DNA from: a virus
Lineage: Duplodnaviria > Caudoviricetes
IMG/VR virus record: IMGVR_UViG_3300027743_000032
Location: 1-59,750 of that record
Strand: one strand, 5' to 3'
Length of the DNA: 59,750 bases
The notes under the pieces: model-generated
Told to the model about the DNA's origin: nothing
Seen by the model: the letters and a program-made list of their open reading frames with translations, nothing else
Database searches by the model: none
Shown here: positions 55,598 to 59,750 of the stretch, piece after piece
Layout: each line of letters begins with the position of its first letter
Numbering within the stretch: position 1 is the first letter of the stretch
Translations under genes and position numbers: made by a program

Positions 55598-56056
55598 TTA
55601 GTACGCCCCGTAAGGTGTGGCCTTAGCCAGATCACGCGCCGTGAGCGTCTCGCTCATGTGCTGTGTGCGTGAGTAGTTAATCGTGGACTGTAGGATGCGA
55701 CAACGCTCAAGCCACGATGGGATGTCCATGATGCTGGCCAGATTGGCGAACTGCTCAGTCCAGGTCACACGATCACGGTTGGGGCTGACTTCGATGAGCC
55801 TTTCGTCCCAACACATGTACGCTACGCCGAACACCGGGAACACTTCGAATAGGCGGGCCAAGTTATAGTTGTCCGCCTTGGTCATCAGATCAACGAGGCT
55901 GGCTGTGAAACCTGACGCGAGCTTATTCCCCGGAGGGAACGCTGTGAGTATGATGTGTGACAACTCTGGCGGAAGTTCTGGAAGTCCAGTCTCTTCCATC
56001 TCTGGCTCTGGCTCGTCGCCTTCAAGTACGATTTCTTCTTCGTCCGGAATGGACAC
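55598..56056 (-). CDS. Hypothetical protein with ADxxN motif
   Basis: GFTASLVDLMTKADNYNLARLFEVFP; AGAAAGG RBS; start approximate. Confidence 0.55.
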   Translation of the reverse strand: MSIPDEEEIVLEGDEPEPEMEETGLPELPPELSHIILTAFPPGNKLASGFTASLVDLMTKADNYNLARLFEVFPVFGVAYMCWDERLIEVSPNRDRVTWTEQFANLASIMDIPSWLERCRILQSTINYSRTQHMSETLTARDLAKATPYGAY

Positions 56057-56147
56057 TGCGTTGTGCCTTTCTCTTGAGACGTTATCCTCAAGCCACAAGC
56101 TAGCGGGGCTGTCACACCCCACTAGCCTGGCCGCTTGGTGAGAACGG

Positions 56148-56336
56148 TTACTCCGAAAGTATCGAGCGAAGCAGGATGTTGGCTTCCGTCAACAGGTCAC
56201 GCTTTGGCCCAGTTGACGTACCCGCGATCACGCTTTCGAGGGAAGGGATCGTCTCGTCCCTCAGCTTACGCATCGCTTCCGCTTCGGCCTCTGCCCGCAA
56301 CTCCTGTAGACGCTTACCGGCCGGCTGTGTGGTCAC
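56148..56336 (-). CDS. Small hypothetical protein
   Basis: Starts 1 nt after the upstream stop. Confidence 0.5.
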   Translation of the reverse strand: MTTQPAGKRLQELRAEAEAEAMRKLRDETIPSLESVIAGTSTGPKRDLLTEANILLRSILSE

Positions 56337-56337
56337 G

Positions 56338-56625
56338 TTAGTCAGCGACTTCGTAGACGACGTTCTCGGTGATCAGATCAACGTCGCTCTCTTCGAAGCC
56401 CAGCTCTTTCACGGTTTCCTCGTCGCTGAGGAACGCCGTCACCATGTCGGAGAGCCGCTCGTCGCTGAACAGCTCGCTGAGCTTCTCCTGCAACGTCTCC
56501 TGATCCTCTTCGTCCACGACGGGCGCGACCTTGAACTTAATCATCACGCTCATCAGAAGAACCGACGGCTTCAGTTCCTCAGGAACGTCGTCGCCATTGC
56601 CCGCCGGCTTGTTCTCGCTAGCCAT
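56338..56625 (-). CDS. Highly acidic small early protein
   Basis: 26 D/E versus 7 K/R in 95 aa; first gene after a consensus promoter. Confidence 0.75.
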   Translation of the reverse strand: MASENKPAGNGDDVPEELKPSVLLMSVMIKFKVAPVVDEEDQETLQEKLSELFSDERLSDMVTAFLSDEETVKELGFEESDVDLITENVVYEVAD

Positions 56626-56736
56626 TGTAGTGTGTGACCTTTCGTAGTTGTGTGGTGTGTGTGGATATAGTTGGACTGTGTGATTACATCTTCGTTTTCC
56701 TAATCTGGTCCGTTGGGGGAGCCTCCCTCTCTTTCA

Positions 56737-56765
56737 AGTATACCACACTCGGGGCGTCTTGTCAA
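56737..56765 (-). promoter_or_regulatory. Promoter TTGACA-17-TATACT with GTGTGG extended -10
   Basis: Near-perfect sigma70 consensus. Confidence 0.85.
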
Positions 56766-56847
56766 CCCTTGGAATGGGTCTGATTAAGGCCCGATCTACG
56801 GGATACAATTAAGTTTGAGTTTTACGGAAGATAAAGTCGTATGCAGC

Positions 56848-56874
56848 AAAAAGCCTCGCTTGTTAGGCGAGGCT
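56848..56874 (-). terminator. Intrinsic terminator after 56899-57297
   Basis: agcctcgc/gcgaggct stem followed by a T5 tract on the - strand. Confidence 0.7.
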
Positions 56875-56898
56875 CGTTGCGCGGGTGGACGGTGAGAA

Positions 56899-57297
56899 CT
56901 AGGCGTTGGACTGGACGGTTGCCGTTCCGCTCTGCTGCTTGGCGCGGTGTTCCGCCAGAAGCTGCTTGATGAGATCGGCACGCGCCTTGCGCTTCGCCAG
57001 CTGTGCCGCTTCGCGCTCTTCCGGAGTGGCGTAGCTGCTACGAGTGCGCGGCTCGGGAAGGGTCAGACCCCACATGTTCGCAAGCAAGTCGCGGACGAAC
57101 ACTCGCGGCGTCTTGCTGACCTTGCCGGCTTCCTCTTCGATCTTCAGCCGGAGGACTTCCGGAGTGGAGATGTACAGGCCCGCAACCTGACGCTTCTCGT
57201 CTCCGCCCTCGGGCGCGGTGCCGTTGGGAGGCGTGGCGGGTGCGGTGCCCTCGGCGGGTGGGGTGGACTGCGCTTCGGCCTGTGCGGTTTCGCTCAT
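56899..57297 (-). CDS. Putative RHH DNA-binding protein with YATPEER helix, monocistronic
   Basis: GLYISTPEVLRLKIEEEAG..TPRVFVRDLLA; has its own promoter and terminator. Confidence 0.7.
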   Translation of the reverse strand: MSETAQAEAQSTPPAEGTAPATPPNGTAPEGGDEKRQVAGLYISTPEVLRLKIEEEAGKVSKTPRVFVRDLLANMWGLTLPEPRTRSSYATPEEREAAQLAKRKARADLIKQLLAEHRAKQQSGTATVQSNA

Positions 57298-57322
57298 GGT
57301 GGGCGTTTCTCCTTACAAATAG

Positions 57323-57351
57323 ACTATACCGCATCGTGGGGGGAAATACAA
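57323..57351 (-). promoter_or_regulatory. Promoter TTGTAT-17-TATAGT
   Basis: Upstream of the AGGAG RBS and 56899-57297. Confidence 0.55.
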
Positions 57352-57396
57352 GTGGTTGGACGGGAAATCGAGACGTGTTCGGAAAATTGCTTGAGC

Positions 57397-57696
57397 CTAG
57401 TTTCCCCTCTTCCTGCGCCAGCCTAGCGCCACATTCAAGTCGTGTGAAATTACCTGGAGGTTCTCCCTGCGGTTATTCAGACCGTCGCCGTCCTTGTGGT
57501 CTACATCCAGACTACGATCTGTCACACCGAGAATCTGACGGTGCATGAGTACGTCCTGATAGGTTGGATATATCTTGCGTCTAGCATAACGCAGGTCTTT
57601 TACCTTCAAGACGTGCCACTTGTACTGTACCAGAGCGTCGTAATCTTCGTCGTCTACGATAGCTTCGTAACCTTGGGTGAGCGGGATCAGTTTCAT
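57397..57696 (-). CDS. HNH endonuclease-family protein (allele 2)
   Basis: Diverged copy of 202-501. Confidence 0.85.
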   Translation of the reverse strand: MKLIPLTQGYEAIVDDEDYDALVQYKWHVLKVKDLRYARRKIYPTYQDVLMHRQILGVTDRSLDVDHKDGDGLNNRRENLQVISHDLNVALGWRRKRGN

Positions 57697-57699
57697 AGC

Positions 57700-58479
57700 T
57701 CAGAAGAAAGGGAACCGTTCGTCAGCTTTGGCCGCGTCTTTGTGGTGCCTCCGATCACGTTTGGCTGGCATAGGATTAATACGAGGCTCGTTGCGTGGTA
57801 CGAGATACCGAAGTCCTATCGCTTCTAAGGCGGCTGATGCCCAGCGTTGGCGATTGAGCAGGTCACGCTTGTCCTGCGCGGGTGTGAGTTTGTGGGCGAG
57901 TGCGATAGGTTCGAGACGTGAGAGGATTAATCTGATCTTGCCGGTGGGGAATGATCTGACCCTGCGCCTCCTGCCTTGATAGTTGCGTGAGCCGGTGCCT
58001 AGTTCGTCGTCATTCCACACCGGAAGCTGGTTATCCTCGACCCGAGCATCGTTGTACTCTGGCAGGTCAGGTTCGATGTTGTGTCGATTGTCGATCCAGT
58101 GTTCTGGAAGGGGATTGGCGTCGAGCAGGGCTATTAAGTAAACCGAGACGCCGAGATAATACGCACGACCGTTATAGCGGTAAAGTTCGGTCTGTTCGTT
58201 GAAGTACGCCCACGCTTCGTCTGATAGTGCGACGTTCACATGAGGCTGCTTCGGTGGCGGGTCTGCGAGGCGAAAGCTGTGTTTGGGTCTGGCGTACGTA
58301 CCCGACAGGCTTGATGTGTATAGATACACGAACGCTGCGTCAAGTGCTGACTCTAGCGATAAGTGAAAGCTGAGAATATACGCTAGGTGTGGCGGGTCAG
58401 CATTGAACGACAGTATGACGTTGAAGTTGGGTCGGCTCTCGACTACTGTGAGTGTGACTGGGATTGGGGTATCGCTCAC
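57700..58479 (-). CDS. Hypothetical protein (allele 2 of 505-1287)
   Basis: Near-identical protein. Confidence 0.7.
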   Translation of the reverse strand: MSDTPIPVTLTVVESRPNFNVILSFNADPPHLAYILSFHLSLESALDAAFVYLYTSSLSGTYARPKHSFRLADPPPKQPHVNVALSDEAWAYFNEQTELYRYNGRAYYLGVSVYLIALLDANPLPEHWIDNRHNIEPDLPEYNDARVEDNQLPVWNDDELGTGSRNYQGRRRRVRSFPTGKIRLILSRLEPIALAHKLTPAQDKRDLLNRQRWASAALEAIGLRYLVPRNEPRINPMPAKRDRRHHKDAAKADERFPFF

Positions 58480-58715
58480 TTCTTGTAATCTCCGGGGATC
58501 ACACCCGTTGCGCGTAGTCCGACGTACTTTTCGGATCGCAGCTGGGTGGCTGTTACCTCAAAACATTCGACGCAGCAGTTCAAGCGAAAGTCTGCGAGGT
58601 CTGGTGGGTAGAACGGATCGTCGCCGCGTTGTGGTGTAGGGAGCGGCGAGCCAGGGTTGAGTGCATAGAAGTGCATTACTGCCCTGGCTCCGCACAGTTC
58701 ACATACTGTGTTCAT
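58476..58715 (-). CDS. Zinc-finger-like protein (allele 2 of 1284-1526)
   Basis: Near-identical protein. Confidence 0.65.
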   Translation of the reverse strand: MNTVCELCGARAVMHFYALNPGSPLPTPQRGDDPFYPPDLADFRLNCCVECFEVTATQLRSEKYVGLRATGVIPGDYKK

Positions 58716-58951
58716 TCGACTTCGATCTTCAGGCTTTCTTGGTCGAACGGATCGTCTGGTAGAACTGGAACGTACTCCATGTCGGCCAGGTGTACGCTGA
58801 GTTCAGTGTCGATGCGCTCTTTGAAGTCAGGGTTCGCAACCCACAGCTTGAGTGCATCGTGTACGGATTGTGCGTCCTGATCGCTGGTTGATTTGGGGAG
58901 TGTGAACTTGATGGTGACGGTAAACACGGTGAACCGAGTGTGGTCTGTCAT
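58712..58951 (-). CDS. Small acidic protein (allele 2 of 1523-1759)
   Basis: Start MTDHTRF; near-identical protein. Confidence 0.65.
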   Translation of the reverse strand: MTDHTRFTVFTVTIKFTLPKSTSDQDAQSVHDALKLWVANPDFKERIDTELSVHLADMEYVPVLPDDPFDQESLKIEVE

Positions 58952-58952
58952 C

Positions 58953-59399
58953 TTAGTATGTCCATCCTTTACGCTGGAGTTGAGCACGGCGGCGCTTCTC
59001 GTGGTTGCCGACTCGGCCGACGACCCACATGAGAGCGGCTGTGATCTGCTGTGGTGTGCAGTGCCACGGCCCGTTCATATCACGCGGATTGTATACCGGC
59101 ATCTGATATGAACGCCACTTCAGATTGACTTCACGCCAACTGAAGCTGTACACGTCGTCGGTGTCTGGAGTGGTGAAGATCGACCAGCCTCTCGCCCACG
59201 GCAGACAGTACACGTATAGCACACGGTCGCTGGTGAAGTTGACGGGGATACGTACGCCGTCACGATATGCTTCGACCTTGTGTGCTGGGCTGGTGTTGGG
59301 CTGGAGTGATAAGAGCTGGATGATGTCGGTGACGCTTTGCTGGACGTTGGCTTTGTACTCTAATCTGGCTCGCTCGATGTCGCCTGGTGTGACAGTCAT
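58953..59399 (-). CDS. Hypothetical protein (allele 2 of 1761-2207)
   Basis: Near-identical protein. Confidence 0.7.
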   Translation of the reverse strand: MTVTPGDIERARLEYKANVQQSVTDIIQLLSLQPNTSPAHKVEAYRDGVRIPVNFTSDRVLYVYCLPWARGWSIFTTPDTDDVYSFSWREVNLKWRSYQMPVYNPRDMNGPWHCTPQQITAALMWVVGRVGNHEKRRRAQLQRKGWTY

Positions 59400-59420
59400 G
59401 GCGGCTGGCCTTTCGTTGGG

Positions 59421-59750
59421 TTATTCGTGTGCGTATGCGTACTGTGCTTGTGCGGTGGTGATTGCGCTTTCGAACTCCTGCTTGAACAGTGTCAGCCTAG
59501 ACCTGAGAGCAGTGATGGAACCGAAGATTTGTGTACTCTTGAACACCGCATCACGGTCGCTGGCTGGCGGTTCTAGTGCTTTGGCTATCATTTGTTCGTC
59601 GGTCTGTCCAGGCTGCCTGCTGCGGCCTAACGTTACGAACAGATGATTACATGACACGAGTTCTGGTGGGCTGATCCTGTGGCCTGTTTTCTCTAGCGTA
59701 GGCATGATGCCTCTGACGAGCGCATCCATGTGATAACGCTGCGCTACGAT
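59421..59750 (-). CDS. 3' part of allele 2 of 2224-2919 (truncated by the window end)
   Basis: Matches the C-terminal half of that protein. Confidence 0.65.
   Translation of the reverse strand: MVAQRYHMDALVRGIMPTLEKTGHRISPPELVSCNHLFVTLGRSRQPGQTDEQMIAKALEPPASDRDAVFKSTQIFGSITALRSRLTLFKQEFESAITTAQAQYAYAHE

Larger units (their letters stand above)
1..57207. mobile_element. Tailed bacteriophage genome (siphovirus-like), one unit length
   Basis: Terminase, portal, protease/scaffold, capsid, tape measure, Dit, fibres and a PolA/primase/helicase module are all present; position 1 recurs at 57208. Confidence 0.95.
57208..59750. repeat. Terminal direct repeat, copy 2
   Basis: Colinear with 1-2553; near-identical at both ends, diverged in the middle. 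Confidence 0.95.

Noticed and set aside
1-59750. Prophage, integrase, tRNA genes or stop-codon recoding
   Set aside because: No host genes, recombinase or tRNA cloverleaf recognised by eye; long genes are intact in the standard code and all three stop codons are used.

Overview
The window is an essentially complete tailed (siphovirus-like) dsDNA phage genome with a unit length of about 57.2 kb. Positions 1-2553 recur as a diverged second copy at 57208-59750. There are two transcriptional arms. The + strand arm (about 9.0-36.7 kb) carries terminase, a lysis/membrane cassette, portal, protease-scaffold, capsid, a methyltransferase plus triple-domain glycosyltransferase, neck, tail tube, chaperones, tape measure, Dit and fibre. 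The - strand arm runs from about 8.3 kb through the window junction down to 36.6 kb. It carries early genes, a MoxR/CobS-type AAA+ with a VWA-like partner, SNF2 helicase, MazG, EndoVII, PD-(D/E)XK nuclease, Sak4-like ATPase, SSB, primase-helicase, a UDG-PolA fusion, RuvC, ParB-Dam, ThyX and, unusually, two tail genes. I recognised no integrase, tRNA or CRISPR array. The host is probably a monoderm Terrabacterium (Chloroflexota or Actinomycetota); this is inference only. The most notable observations are: a putative virion glycosylation cassette with a nested Cys-rich C-terminal protein; a split tail module with A-A'-B-B' paralogues between two convergent fibres; a ChaB/HiPIP-like/DUF6582/protease/scaffold mosaic; an iron-permease gene; a genome-wide over-represented GTGTGAC word; repeated early-region leader hairpins; a hexamer-repeat leader on the SSB gene; and a candidate +1 TTT-CGG tail-chaperone frameshift. 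All functional calls come from motif recognition by eye, without database searches.
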